This document shows positions 1 to 17,400 of a stretch of DNA of 64,000 bases, piece by piece. The first letter of the stretch is position 1. Each line of letters begins with the position of its first letter. The stretch is from assembly GCA_964016885.1 (NCBI GenBank), contig OZ024756.1, positions 42,842,001 to 42,906,000 of the forward strand, written 5' to 3'. The notes beneath the pieces are model-generated. The model did no database searches and had not been told where the DNA came from. It saw nothing but the letters and a program-made list of their open reading frames with translations. A program made the position numbers and the translations under genes. The stretch is from Eledone cirrhosa. Taxonomy: Eukaryota.

Positions 1-2544
1 ACATTGGACACACTAGATACAGACATTGGACACACACACTAGAGACAGACACTAGACACACACTAGAGACAGACATTGGACACACACACAAGGGACATTC
101 ATTGGAGACACACTAGATAGAGACATTGGACATACACTAGAGACAGACATTGGACACACACTAGATACAGACATTGGACACACACTAGATACAGACATTG
201 GACACACACCAGAGACAGACATTGGACACACACTAGAGACAGACATTGGACACACACCAGAGACAGACATTGGACACACACCAGAGACAGACATTGGACA
301 CATACTAGAGACAGACATTGGACACACACTAGAGACAGACATTGGACAAACACCAGAGACAAACATTGGACACACACTAGAGACAGACATTGGACACACT
401 AGAGACAGACATTGGACAGACTAGAGACAGACATTGGTCACACACTAGAGACAGACATTGGACACACACTAGAGACAGACATTAGACACACACTAGAGAC
501 AGACATTGGACACACACTAGAGACAGACATTGGACACACACTAGAGACAGACATTGGACACACATTAGAGACAGACGTTGGACACACACTAGAGACAGAC
601 ATTGGACACACACTAGAGACAGACATTAGACACACTAGAGACAGACATTGGACACACTAGAGACAGACATTGGACATACACACTAGTGACAAACATTGGA
701 CACACACTAGAGACAGACATTGGACACACACCAGAGACAGACATTGGACACACACCAGAGACAGACATTGGACACACACCAGAGACAGACATTGGACACA
801 CACTAGAGACAGACATTGGACACACACTAGAGACAGACATTGGACACACACTAGAGACAGACATTGGAGACACTAGAGACAGACATTGGACACACTAGAG
901 ACAGACATTGGACACACACTAGAGACTGACATTGGACACACACTAGAGACAGACATTGGAGACACTAGAGACAGACATTGGACACACACACTAGTGACAG
1001 ACATTGGACACACACTAGAGACAGACATTAGACACACACTAGAGACAGACATTGGACACGCACTAGAGACAGACATTGGACACACTAGAGACAGACATTG
1101 GACACACACTAGAGACAGACATTGGACACACACTAGAGACAGACATTGGACACACACTAGAGACAGACATTGGACACACTAGAGACAGACATTGGACACA
1201 CACTAGAGACAGACATTGGACACACACTAGAGACAGACATTGGACACACATTAGAGACAGAGATTAGACACACACTAGAGACAGACATTGGACACACACT
1301 AGAGACAGACATTGGACACACACTAGAGACAGACATTGGACACACACCATAGTCAGACATTGCACACACACACTAGAGAAAGACATTGGACACACAATAG
1401 AGACAGACATTGGGCACACACTAGAGACAGACATTGGACACACACTAGAGACAGACATTGGGCACACACTAGAGACAGACATTGGACACACACTAGAGAA
1501 AAACATTTGACACACACTAGAGACAGACGTTGGACACACACACTAGAGACAGACATTGGACACACACTAGAGACAGACATTGGACACACTAGAGACAGAC
1601 ATTGGACACACACACTAGAGACAGACACTAGACACACACTAGAGACAGACATTGGACACACACACATAAGGGACAGTCATTGGAGACACACTAGATAGAG
1701 ACATTGGACATACACTAGAGACAGACATTGGACACACACTAGATACAGACATTGGACACACACTAGATACAGACATTGGACACACACCAGAGACAGACAT
1801 TGGACACACACAAGAGACAGACATTGGACACACACCAGAGACAGACATTGGACACACACTAGAGACAGACATTGGACACATACTAGAGACAGACATTGGA
1901 GACACAATAGAGACAGACATTGGAGACACACTAGAGACAGACATTGGACACACACTAGAGACAGACATTGGACACACACCAGAGACAGACATTGGACACA
2001 CACCAGAGACAGACATTGGACACACACTAGAGACAGACATTGGACACACACTAGAGACAGACATTGGACAAACACCAGAGACAAACATTGGACACACACT
2101 AGAGACAGACATTGGACACACTAGAGACAGACATTGGACACACTAGAGACAGACATTGGTCACACACTAGAGACAGACATTGGACACACACTAGAGACAG
2201 ACATTAGACAAACACTAGAGACAGACATTGGACACACACTAGAGACAGACATTGGACACACACTAGAGACAGACATTGGACACACATTAGAGACAGACGT
2301 TGGACACACACTAGAGACAGACATTGGACACACACTAGAGACAGACATTGGACACACTAGAGACAGACATTGGACACACTAGAGACAGACATTGGGCATA
2401 CACACTAGTGACAGACATTGGACACACACTAGAGACAGACATTGGACACACAGCAGAGACAGACATTGGACACACACCAGAGACAGACATTGGACACACA
2501 CTAGAGACAGACATTGGACACACACTAGAGACAGACATTGGACA

Positions 2545-3813
2545 CACACTAGATACAGACATTGGACACACACTAGAGACAGACATTGGACACACACTAG
2601 AGACAGACATTGGAGACACACTAGAGACAGACATTGGACACACACTATAGACAGACATTGGACACACACTAGAGACTGACATTGGACACACACTAGAGAC
2701 AGACATTGGAGACACTAGAGACAGACATTGGACACACACACTAGTGACAGACATTGGACACACACTAGAGACAGACATTAGACACACACTAGAGACAGAC
2801 ATTGGACACACACTAGAGACAGACATTGGACACACTAGAGACAGACATTGGACACACACTAGAGACAGACATTGGACACACACTAGAGACAGACATTGGA
2901 CACAAACTAGAGACAGACATTGGACACACTAGAGACAGACATTGGACACACACTAGAGACAGACATTGGACACACACTAGAGACAGGCATTGGACACACA
3001 TTAGAGACAGAGATTAGACACACACTAGAGACAGACATTGGACACACACTAGAGACAGACATTGGACACACACTAGAAACAGACATTGGACACACACCAG
3101 AGACAGACATTGGACACACACTAGAGACAGACATTGGACACACACTAGAGACAGACATTAGACACACGCCAGAGACAGACATTGGTCACACACACTAGGG
3201 ACAGACATTGGAGACACACTAGATACAGACATTGGACACAAACTAGAGACAGACATTGGACACACACTAGATACAGACATTGGACACACACTAGAGACAG
3301 ACATTGGACACACACTAGAGACAGACATTGGAGACACACTAGAGACAGACATTGGACACACACTATAGACAGACATTGGACACACACTAGAGACTGACAT
3401 TGGACACACACTAGAGACAGACATTGGAGACACTAGAGACAGACATTGGACACACACACTAGTGACAGACATTGGACACACACTAGAGACAGACATTAGA
3501 CACACACTAGAGACAGACATTGGACACACACTAGAGACAGACATTGGACACACTAGAGACAGACATTGGACACACACTAGAGACAGACATTGGACACACA
3601 CTAGAGACAGACATTGGACACAAACTAGAGACAGACATTGGACACACTAGAGACAGACATTGGACACACACTAGAGACAGACATTGGACACACACTAGAG
3701 ACAGGCATTGGACACACATTAGAGACAGAGATTAGACACACACTAGAGACAGACATTGGACACACACTAGAGACAGACATTGGACACACACTAGAAACAG
3801 ACATTGGACACAC
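2545..3813 (+). repeat. ~550-bp block duplicated at 718-bp offset (2545-3095 / 3263-3813)
   Basis: The same variant series (AGATAC, CTATAG, ACTGAC, CAAACTAG, ACAGGC, GAGATTAG, AGAAAC) recurs. ORF pairs 2744/3462, 2813/3531 and 2826/3544 are all +718. Confidence 0.85.
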
Positions 3814-6800
3814 ACCATAGTCAGACATTGGACACACACACTAGAGAAAGACATTGGACACACAATAGAGACAGACATTAGACACACACCAGAGACAGAC
3901 ATTGGACACACACTAGAGACAGACATTGTGCACACACCAAAGACAGACATTGGGCACACACTAGAGACAGACATTGGACACACACTAGAGACAGACATTG
4001 GGCACACACTAGAGACAGACATTGGACACACACTAGAGAAAAACATTTGACACACACTAGAGACAGACGTTGGACACACACACTAGAGACAGACATTGGA
4101 CACACACTAGAGACAGACATTGGACACACTAGAGACAGACATTGGACACACACACTAGAGACAGACACTAGACACACACTAGAGACAGACATTGGACACA
4201 CACACACAAGGGACAGTCATTGGAGACACACTAGATAGAGACATTGGACATACACTAGAGACAGACATTGGACACACACTAGATACAGACATTGGACACA
4301 CACTAGATACAGACATTGGACACACACCAGAGACAGACATTGGACACACACCAGAGACAGACATTGGACACACACCAGAGACAGACATTGGACACACACT
4401 AGAGACAGACATTGGACACACACTAGAGACAGACATTGGAGACACACTAGAGACAGACATTGGAGACACACTAGAGACAGACATTGGACACACACTAGAG
4501 ACAGACATTGGACACACACCAGAGACAGACATTGGACACACACCAGAGACAGACATTGGACACACACTAGAGACAGACATTGGACACACACTAGAGACAG
4601 ACATTTGACAAACACCAGAGACAAACATTGGACACACACTAGAGACAGACATTGGACACACTAGAGACAGACATTGGACACACTAGAGACAGACATTGGT
4701 CACACACTAGAGACAGACATTGGACACACACTAGAGACAGACATTAGACACACACTAGAGACAGACATTGGACACACACTAGAGACAGACATTGGACAAA
4801 CACTAGAGACAGACATGGGACACACATTAGAGACAGACGTTGGACACACACTAGAGACAGACATTGGACACACACTAGAGACAGACATTGGACACACTAG
4901 AGACAGACATTGGACACACTAGAGACAGACATTGGGCATACACACTAGTGACAGACATTGGACACACACTAGAGACAGACATTGGACACACAGCAGAGAC
5001 AGACATTGGACACACACCAGAGACAGACATTGGACACACACTAGAGACAGACATTGGACACACACTAGAGACAGACATTGGACACACACCAGAGACAGAC
5101 ATTGGACACACACTAGAGACAGACATTGGACACACACTAGAGACAGACATTGGACACACACCAGAGACAGACATTGGACACACACTAGAGACAGACATTG
5201 GACACACACCAGAGACAGACATTGGACACACAGTAGAGACAGACATTGGACACACACCAGAGACAGACATTGGACACACACTAGAGACAGACATTGGACA
5301 CACACCAGAGACAGACATTGGACACACACCAGAGACAGACATTGGACACACACTAGAGACAGACATTGGACACACACTAGAGACAGACATTAGACACACG
5401 CCAGAGACAGACATTGGTCACACACACTAGGGACAGACATTGGAGACACACTAGATACAGACATTGGACACAAACTAGAGACAGACATTGGACACACACT
5501 AGATACAGACATTGGACACACACCAGAGACAGACATTGGACACACACTAGAGACAGACATTGGAGACACACTAGAGACAGACATTGGACACACACTATAG
5601 ACAGACATTGGACACACACTAGAGACAGACATTGGACACACACTAGAGACAGACATTGGAGACACACTAGAGACAGACATTGGACACACACTAGAGACAG
5701 ACATTGGACACACACCAGAGACAGACATTGGACACACACCAGAGAATAGACATTGGACACACACTAGAGACAGACATTGGACACACACTAGAGACAGACA
5801 TTGGACACACACTAGAGACAGACATTGGACACACACCAGAGACAGACATTGGACACACACTAGAGACAGACATTGGACACACACCAGAGACAGACATTGG
5901 ACACACACCAGAGACAGACATTGGACACACACCAGAGACAGACATTGGACACACACTAGAGACAGACATTGGACACACACCAGAGACAGACATTGGACAC
6001 ACACTAGAGACAGACATTGGACACACACTAGAGACAGACATTGGACACACACTAGAGACAGACATTGGACACACACTAGAGACAGACATTGGACACACAC
6101 CAGAGACAGACATTGGACACACACCAGAGACAGACATTGGACACACACTAGAGACAGACATTGGACACCCACTAGAGACAGACATTGGACACACACTAGA
6201 GACAGACATTGGACACACACTAGAAACAGACATTGGACACACACCAGAGTCAGACATTGGACACACACCAGAGACAGACATTGGACACACACCAGAGACA
6301 GACATTGGACACACACTAGAGACAGACATTGGACACACACCAGAGACAGACATTGGACACACACTAGAGACAGACATTGGACACACACCAGAGACAGACA
6401 TTGGACACACACCAGAGACAGACATTGGACACACACCAGAGACAGACATTGGGCACACACTAGAGACAGACATTGGACACACACCAGAGACAGACATTGG
6501 ACACACACTAGAGACAGACATTGGACACACACTAGAGACAGACATTGGACACGCACTAGAGACAGACATTGGACACACACTAGAGACAGACATTGGACAC
6601 ACACCAGAGACAGACATTGGACACACACCAGAGACAGACATTGGACACACACCAGAGACAGACATTGGACACACACTAGAGACAGACATTGGACACACAC
6701 CAGAGACAGACATTGGACACACACTAGAGACAGACATTGGACACACACTAGAGACAGACATTGGACACACACTAGAGACAGACATTGGACACACACTAGA

Positions 6801-8639
6801 GACAGACATTGGACACACACCATAGTCAGACATTGGACACACACTAGAGACAGACATTGTGCACACACCAAAGACAGACACACTAGAGAAAGACATTGGA
6901 CACACAATAGAGACAGACATTAGACACACACTAGAGACAGACATTGGACACACACTAGAGACAGACATTGTGCACACACCAAAGACAGACATTGGGCACA
7001 CACTAGAGACAGACATTGGACACACACTAGAGACAGACATTGGGCACACACTAGAGACAGACATTGGACACACACTAGAGAAAAACATTTGACACACTAG
7101 AGACAGACGTTGGACACACACACTAGAGACAGACATTGGACACACACTAGAGACAGACATTGGACACACTAGAGACAGACATTGGACACACACACTAGAG
7201 ACAGACACTAGACACACACTAGAGACAGACATTGGACACACACACAAGGGACAGTCATTGGAGACACACTAGATAGAGACATTGGACATACACTAGAGAC
7301 AGACATTGGACACACACTAGATACAGACATTGGACACACACTAGAGACAGACATTGGACACACACCAGAGACAGACATTGGACACACACGAGAGACAGAC
7401 ATTGGTCACACACCAGAGACAGACATTGGACACACACTAGAGACAGACATTGGACACACACTAGAGACAGACATTGGAGACACACTAGAGACAGACATTG
7501 GAGACACACTAGAGACAGACATTGGACACACACTAGAGGCAGACATTGGACACACACCAGAGACAGACATTGGACACACACCAGAGACAGACATTGGACA
7601 CACACTAGAGACAGACATTGGACACACACTAGAGACAGACATTGGACAAACACCAGAGACAAACATTGGACACACACTAGAGACAGACATTGGACACACT
7701 AGAGACAGACATTGGACACACTAGAGACAGACATTGGTCACACACTAGAGACAGACATTGGACACACACTAGAGACAGACATTAGACACACACTAGAGAC
7801 AGACATTGGACACACACTAGAGACAGACATTGGACACACACTAGAGACAGACATTGGACACACATTAGAGACAGACATTGGACACACACTAGAGACAGAC
7901 ATTGGACACACTAGAGATAGACATTGGACACACTAGAGACAGACATTGGACATACACACTAGTGACAGACATTGGACACACACTAGAGACAGACATTGGA
8001 CACACACCAGAGACAGACATTGGACACACACCAGAGACAGACATTGGACACACTCTAGAGACAGACATTTGACACACACTAGAGACAGACATTGGACACA
8101 CACCAGAGACAGACATTGGACACACACTAGAGACAGACATTGGACACACACTAGAGACAGACATTGGACACACACCAGAGACAGACATTGGACACACACT
8201 AGAGACAGACATTGGACACACACCAGAGACAGACATTGGACACACACTAGAGACAGACATTGGACACACGCTAGAGACAGACATTGGACACACACCAGAG
8301 ACAGACATTGGACACACACTAGAGACAGACATTGGACACACGCTAGAGACAGACATTGGACACACACTAGAGACAGACATTGGACACACACTAGAGACAG
8401 ACATTGGACACACACCAGAGACAGACATTGGACACACACCAGAGACTGACATTGGACACACACCAGAGACAGACATTGGACACACACTAGAGACAGACAT
8501 TGGACACACACCAGAGACAGACATTGGACACACACTAGAGACAGACATTGGACACACGCTAGAGACAGACATTGGACACACACTAGAGACAGACATTGGA
8601 CACACACTAGAGACAGACATTGGACACACACCAGAGACA

Positions 8640-11600
8640 GACATTGGACACACACCAGAGACAGACATTGGACACACACTAGAGACAGACATTGGACACA
8701 CACTAGAGACAGACATTGGACACACACTAGAGACAGACATTGGACACACACCATAGTCAGACATTGGACACACACTAGAGACAGACATTGTGCACACACC
8801 AAAGACAGACACACTAGAGAAAGACATTGGACACACAATAGAGACAGACATTAGACACACACCAGAGACAGACATTGGACACACACTAGAGACAGACATT
8901 GTGCACACACCAAAGACAGACATTGGGCACACACTAGAGACAGACATTGGACACACACTAGAGACAGACATTGGGCACACACTAGAGACAGACATTGGAC
9001 ACACACTAGAGAAAAACATTTGACACACTAGAGACAGACGTTGGACACACACACTAGAGACAGACATTGGACACACACTAGAGACAGACATTGGACACAC
9101 TAGAGACAGACATTGGACACACACACTAGAGACAGACACTAGACACACACTAGAGACAGACATTGGACACACACACAAGGGACAGTCATTGGAGACACAC
9201 TAGATAGAGACATTGGACATACACTAGAGACAGACATTGGACACACACTAGAGACAGACATTGGAGACACACTAGAGACAGACATTGGAGACACACTAGA
9301 GACAGACATTGGACACACACTAGAGGCAGACATTGGACACACACCAGAGACAGACATTGGACACACACCAGAGACAGACATTGGACACACACTAGAGACA
9401 GACATTGGACACACACTAGAGACAGACATTGGACAAACACCAGAGACAAACATTGGACACACACTAGAGACAGACATTGGACACACTAGAGACAGACATT
9501 GGACACACTAGAGACAGACATTGGTCACACACTAGAGACAGACATTGGACACACACTAGAGACAGACATTAGACACACACTAGAGATAGACATTGGACAC
9601 ACACTAGAGACAGACATTGGACACACACTAGAGACAGACATTGGACACACATTAGAGACAGACATTGGACACACACTAGAGACAGACATTGGACACACTA
9701 GAGATAGACATTGGACACACTAGAGACAGACATTGGACATACACACTAGTGACAGACATTGGACACACACTAGAGACAGACATTGGACACACACCAGAGA
9801 CAGACATTGGACACACACCAGAGACAGACATTGGACACACTCTAGAGACAGACATTGGACACACACTAGAGACAGACATTGGACACACACCAGAGACAGA
9901 CATTGGACACACACTAGAGACAGACATTGGACACACACTAGAGACAGACATTGGACACACACCAGAGACAGACATTGGACACACACTAGAGACAGACATT
10001 GGACACACAACAGAGACAGACATTGGACACACACTAGAGACAGATATTGGACACACGCTAGAGACAGACATTGGACACACACTAGAGACAGACATTGGAC
10101 ACACACTAGAGACAGACATTGGACACACACCAGAGACAGACATTGGACACACACCAGAGACTGACATTGGACACACACCAGAGACAGACATTGGACACAC
10201 ACTAGAGACAGACATTGGACACACACTAGAGACAGACATTAGACACACGCTAGAGACAGACATTGGTCACACACACTAGGGACAGACATTGGACACACAC
10301 TAGATACAGACATTGGACACACACCAGAGACAGACATTGGACACACACTAGAGACAGACATTGGAGACACACTAGAAAGAGACATTGGACATACACTAGA
10401 GACAGACATTGGACACACACTAGAGACAGACATTGGACACACACGAGAGACAGACATTGGACACACACTAGAGACAGACATTGGACACACACCAGAGACA
10501 GACATTGGACACACACTAGAGACAGACATTGGACACACACTAGAGACAGACATTGGACACACACTAGAGACAGACATTGGACACACACCAGAGACAGACA
10601 TTGGACACACACCAGAGAAAGACATTGGACACACACTAGAGACAAACATTGGACACACACTAGAGACAGACATTGGACACACACTAGAGACAGACATTGG
10701 ACACACACTAGAAACAGACATTGGACACACACCAGAGACAGACATTGGACACACACCAGAGGCAGACATTGGACACACACCAGAGATAGACATTGGACAC
10801 ACACTAGAGACAGACATTGGACACACACTAGAGACAGACATTGGACACACACTAGAGACAGACATTGGACACACACTAGAGACAGACATTGGACACACAC
10901 CAGAGACAGATATTGGACACACACCAGAGACAGACATTGGCCACACACTAGAGACAGACATTGGAGACACACTAGAGACAGACATTGGACACACACTAGA
11001 GGCAGACATTGGACACACACCAGAGACAGACATTGGACACACACCAGAGACAGACATTGGACACACACTAGAGACAGACATTGGACACACACTAGAGACA
11101 GACATTGGACAAACACCAGAGACAAACATTGGACACACACTAGAGACAGACATTGGACACACTAGAGACAGACATTGGACACACTAGAGACAGACATTGG
11201 TCACACACTAGAGACAGACATTGGACACACACTAAAGACAGACATTAGACACACACTAGAGACAGACATTGGACACACACTAGAGACAGACATTGGACAC
11301 ACACTAGAGACAGACATTGGACACACATTAGAGACAGACGTTGGACACACACTAGAGACAGACATTGGACACACACCAGAGACAGACATTGGACACACAC
11401 TAGAGACAGACATTGGACACACACCAGAGACAGACATTGGACACACACTAGAGACAGACATTGGACACACGCTAGAGACAGACATTGGACACACACTAGA
11501 GACAGACATTGGACACACACTAGAGACAGACATTGGACACACACCAGAGACAGACATTGGACACACACCAGAGACTGACATTGGACACACACCAGAGACA

Positions 11601-14400
11601 GACATTGGACACACACCAGAGACAGACATTGGACACACACTAGAGACAGACATTGGACACACACTAGAGACAGACATTGGACACACACTAGAGACAGACA
11701 TTGGACACACACCATAGTCAGACATTGGACACACACTAGAGACAGACATTGTGCACACACCAAAGACAGACACACTAGAGAAAGACATTGGACACACAAT
11801 AGAGACAGACATTAGACACACACCAGAGACAGACATTGGACACACACTAGAGACAGACATTGTGCACACACCAAAGACAGACATTGGGCACACACTAGAG
11901 ACAGACATTGGACACACACTAGAGACAGACATTGGGCACACACTAGAGACAGACATTGGACACACACTAGAGAAAAACATTTGACACACTAGAGACAGAC
12001 GTTGGACACACACACTAGAGAAAGACATTGGACACACACTAGAGACAGACATTGGACACACTAGAGACAGACATTGGACACACACACTAGAGACAGACAC
12101 TAGACACACACTAGAGACAGACATTGGACACACACACAAGGGACAGTCATTGGAGACACACTAGATAGAGACATTGGACATACACTAGAGACAGACATTG
12201 GACACACACTAGAGACAGACATTGGAGACACACTAGAGACAGACATTGGAGACACACTAGAGACAGACATTGGACACACACTAGAGGCAGACATTGGACA
12301 CACACCAGAGACAGACATTGGACACACACCAGAGACAGACATTGGACACACACTAGAGACAGACATTGGACACACACTAGAGACAGACATTGGACAAACA
12401 CCAGAGACAAACATTGGACACACACTAGAGACAGACATTGGACACACTAGAGACAGACATTGGACACACTAGAGACAGACATTGGTCACACACTAGAGAC
12501 AGACATTGGACACACACTAGAGACAGACATTAGACACACACTAGAGATAGACATTGGACACACACTAGAGACAGACATTGGACACACACTAGAGACAGAC
12601 ATTGGACACACATTAGAGACAGACATTGGACACACACTAGAGACAGACATTGGACACACTAGAGATAGACATTGGACACACTAGAGACAGACATTGGACA
12701 TACACACTAGTGACAGACATTGGACACACACTAGAGACAGACATTGGACACACACCAGAGACAGACATTGGACACACACCAGAGACAGACATTGGACACA
12801 CTCTAGAGACAGACATTGGACACACACTAGAGACAGACATTGGACACACACCAGAGACAGACATTGGACACACACTAGAGACAGACATTGGACACACACT
12901 AGAGACAGACATTGGACACACACCAGAGACAGACATTGGACACACACTAGAGACAGACATTGGACACACACCAGAGACAGACATTGGACACACACTAGAG
13001 ACAGATATTGGACACACGCTAGAGACAGACATTGGACACACACTAGAGACAGACATTGGACACACACTAGAGACAGACATTGGACACACACCAGAGACAG
13101 ACATTGGACACACACCAGAGACTGACATTGGACACACACCAGAGACAGACATTGGACACACACTAGAGACAGACATTGGACACACACTAGAGACAGACAT
13201 TAGACACACGCTAGAGACAGACATTGGTCACACACACTAGGGACAGACATTGGACACACACTAGATACAGACATTGGACACACACCAGAGACAGACATTG
13301 GACACACACTAGAGACAGACATTGGAGACACACTAGAAAGAGACATTGGACATACACTAGAGACAGACATTGGACACACACTAGAGACAGACATTGGACA
13401 CACACTAGAGACAGACATTGGAGACACACTAGAGACAGACATTGGACACACACTAGAGACAGACATTGGACACACACGAGAGACAGACATTGGACACACA
13501 CTAGAGACAGACATTGGACACACACCAGAGACAGACATTGGACACACACGAGAGACAGACATTGGACACACACTAGAGACAGACATTGGACACACACTAG
13601 AGACAGACATTGGACACACACCAGAGACAGACATTGGACACACACCAGAGAAAGACATTGGACACACACTAGAGACAAACATTGGACACACACTAGAGAC
13701 AGACATTGGACACACACTAGAGACAGACATTGGACACACACTAGAAACAGACATTGGACACACACCAGAGACAGACATTGGACACACACCAGAGGCAGAC
13801 ATTGGACACACACCAGAGATAGACATTGGACACACACTAGAGACAGACATTGGACACACACTAGAGACAGACATTGGACACACACTAGAGACAGACATTG
13901 GACACACACTAGAGACAGACATTGGACACACACCAGAGACAGATATTGGACACACACCAGAGACAGACATTGGCCACACACTAGAGACAGACATTGGAGA
14001 CACACTAGAGACAGACATTGGACACACACTAGAGGCAGACATTGGACACACACCAGAGACAGACATTGGACACACACCAGAGACAGACATTGGACACACA
14101 CTAGAGACAGACATTGGACACACACTAGAGACAGACATTGGACAAACACCAGAGACAAACATTGGACACACACTAGAGACAGACATTGGACACACTAGAG
14201 ACAGACATTGGACACACTAGAGACAGACATTGGTCACACACTAGAGACAGACATTGGACACACACTAAAGACAGACATTAGACACACACTAGAGACAGAC
14301 ATTGGACACACACTAGAGACAGACATTGGACACACACTAGAGACAGACATTGGACACACATTAGAGACAGACGTTGGACACACACTAGAGACAGACATTG
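8640..14400 (+). repeat. ~2.96-kb tandem block duplication
   Basis: ORF pairs 8790/11751, 9139/12100, 9499/12460, 9676/12637 and 10239/13200 are all +2961. The pair 11175/14208 is +3033 after a 72-bp (3-monomer) indel. Confidence 0.88.
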
Positions 14401-17400
14401 GACACACACTAGAGACAGACATTGGACACACTAGAGATAGACATTGGACACACTAGAGACAGACATTGGACATACACACTAGAGACAGACATTGGACACA
14501 CACTAGAGACAGACATTGGAGACACACTAGAGACAGACATTGGACACACACTAGAGACAGACATTGGACACACACGAGAGACAGACATTGGACACACACT
14601 AGAGATAGACATTGGACACACACCAGAGACAGAGATTGGACACACACTAGAGACAGACATTGGACACACACTAGAGACAGACATTGGACACACACTAGAG
14701 ACAGACATTGGACACACACCAGAGACAGACATTGGACACACACCAGAGACAGACATTGGACACACACTAGAGACAGACATTGGACACACACTAGAGACAG
14801 ACATTGGACACACACTAGAGACAGACATTGGACACACACTAGAAACAGACATTGGACACACACCAGAGACAGACATTGGACACACACCAGAGACAGACAT
14901 TGGACACACACCAGAGATAGACATTGGACACACACTAGAGACAGACATTGGACACACACTAGAGACAGACATTGGACACACACTAGAGACAGACATTGGA
15001 CACACACTAGAGACAGACATTGGACACACACCAGAGACAGACATTGGACACACACAAGAGACAGACATTGGACACACACTAGAGACAGACATTGGATACA
15101 CACTAGAGACAGACATTGGACACACACTAGAGACAGACATTGGACACACACTAGAAACAGACATTGGACACACACCAGAGACAGACATTGGACACACACC
15201 AGAGACAGACATTGGACACACACTAGAGACAGACATTGGACACACACTAGAGACAGACATTAGACACACACTAGAGACAGACATTGGACACACACTAGAG
15301 ACAGACATTGGACACACACTAGAGACAGACATTGGACACACATTAGAGACAGACGTTGGACACACACTAGAGACAGACATTGGACACACACTAGAGACAG
15401 ACATTGGACACACTAGAGATAGACATTGGACACACTAGAGACAGACATTGGACATACACACTAGTGACAGACATTGGACACACACTAGAGACAGACATTG
15501 GACACACACCAGAGACAGACATTGGACACACACCAGAGACAGACATTGGACACACACTAGAGACAGACATTGGACACACACTAGAGACAGACATTGGACA
15601 CACACCAGAGACAGACATTGGACACACACTAGAGACAGACATTGGACACACACTAGAGACAGACATTGGACACACACCAGAGACAGACATTGGACACACA
15701 CTAGAGACAGACATTGGACACACACCAGAGACAGACATTGGACACACACTAGAGACAGACATTGGACACACGCTAGAGACAGACATTGGACACACACTAG
15801 AGACAGACATTGGACACACACTAGAGACAGACATTGGAGACACACTAGAAAGAGACATTGGACATACACTAGAGACAGACATTGGACACACACTAGAGAC
15901 AGACATTGGAGACACACTATAGACAGACATTGGACACACACTAGAGACAGACATTGGACACACACTAGAGACAGACATTGGAGACACACTAGAGACAGAC
16001 ATTGGACACACACTAGAGACAGACATTGGACACACACGAGAGACAGACATTGGACACACACTAGAGACAGACATTGGACACACACCAGAGACAGACATTG
16101 GACACACACTAGAGACAGACATTGGACACACACTAGAGACAGACATTGGACACACACTAGAGACAGACATTGGACACACACCAGAGACAGACATTGGACA
16201 CACACCAGAGACAGACATTGGACACACACTAGAGACAGACATTGGACACACACTAGAGACAGACATTGGACACACACTAGAGACAGACATTGGACACACA
16301 CTAGAGACAGACATTGGACACACACTAGAGACAGACATTGGACACACACCAGAGACAGACATTGGACACACACCAGAGACAGACATTGGACACACACTAG
16401 AGACAGACATTGGAGACACACTAGAGACAGACATTGGACACACACTAGAGGCAGACATTGGACACACACCAGAGACAGACACTGGACACACACCAGAGAC
16501 AGACATTGGACACACACTAGAGAGAGACATTGGACACACACTAGAGACAGACATTGGACAAACACCAGAGACAAACATTGGACACACACTAGAGACAGAC
16601 ATTGGACACACTAGAGACAGACATTGGACACACTAGAGACAGACATTGGTCACACACTAGAGACAGACATTGGACACACACTAAAGACAGACATTAGACA
16701 CACACTAGAGACAGACATTGGACACACACTAGAGACAGACATTGGACACACACTAGAGACAGACATTGGACACACATTAGAGACAGACGTTGGACACACA
16801 CTAGAGACAGACATTGGACACACACTAGAGACAGACATTGGACACACTAGAGATAGACATTGGACACACTAGAGACAGACATTGGACATACACACTAGTG
16901 ACAGACATTGGACACACACTAGAGACAGACATTGGACACACACTAGAGACAGACATTGGACACACACCAGAGACAGACATTGGACACACACTAGAGACAG
17001 ACATTGGACACACACTAGAGACAGACATTGGACACACACCAGAGACAGACATTGGACACACACTAGAGACAGACATTGGACACACACTAGAGACAGACAT
17101 TGGACACACACCAGAGACAGACATTGGACACACACTAGAGACAGACATTGGACACACACCAGAGACAGACATTGGACACACACTAGAGACAGACATTGGA
17201 CACACGCTAGAGACAGACATTGGACACACACTAGAGACAGACATTGGACACACACTAGAGACAGACATTGGACACACACCAGAGACAGACATTGGACACA
17301 CACCAGAGACTGACATTGGACACACACCAGAGACAGACATTGGACACACACTAGAGACAGACATTGGACACACACCAGAGACAGACATTGGACACACACC

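Noticed and set aside
5390-6907. CxxC-rich (CVQC) translation suggesting a metal-binding or keratin-associated protein
   Set aside because: It is a by-product of the TG-rich minus strand of the repeat and is identical throughout the array.
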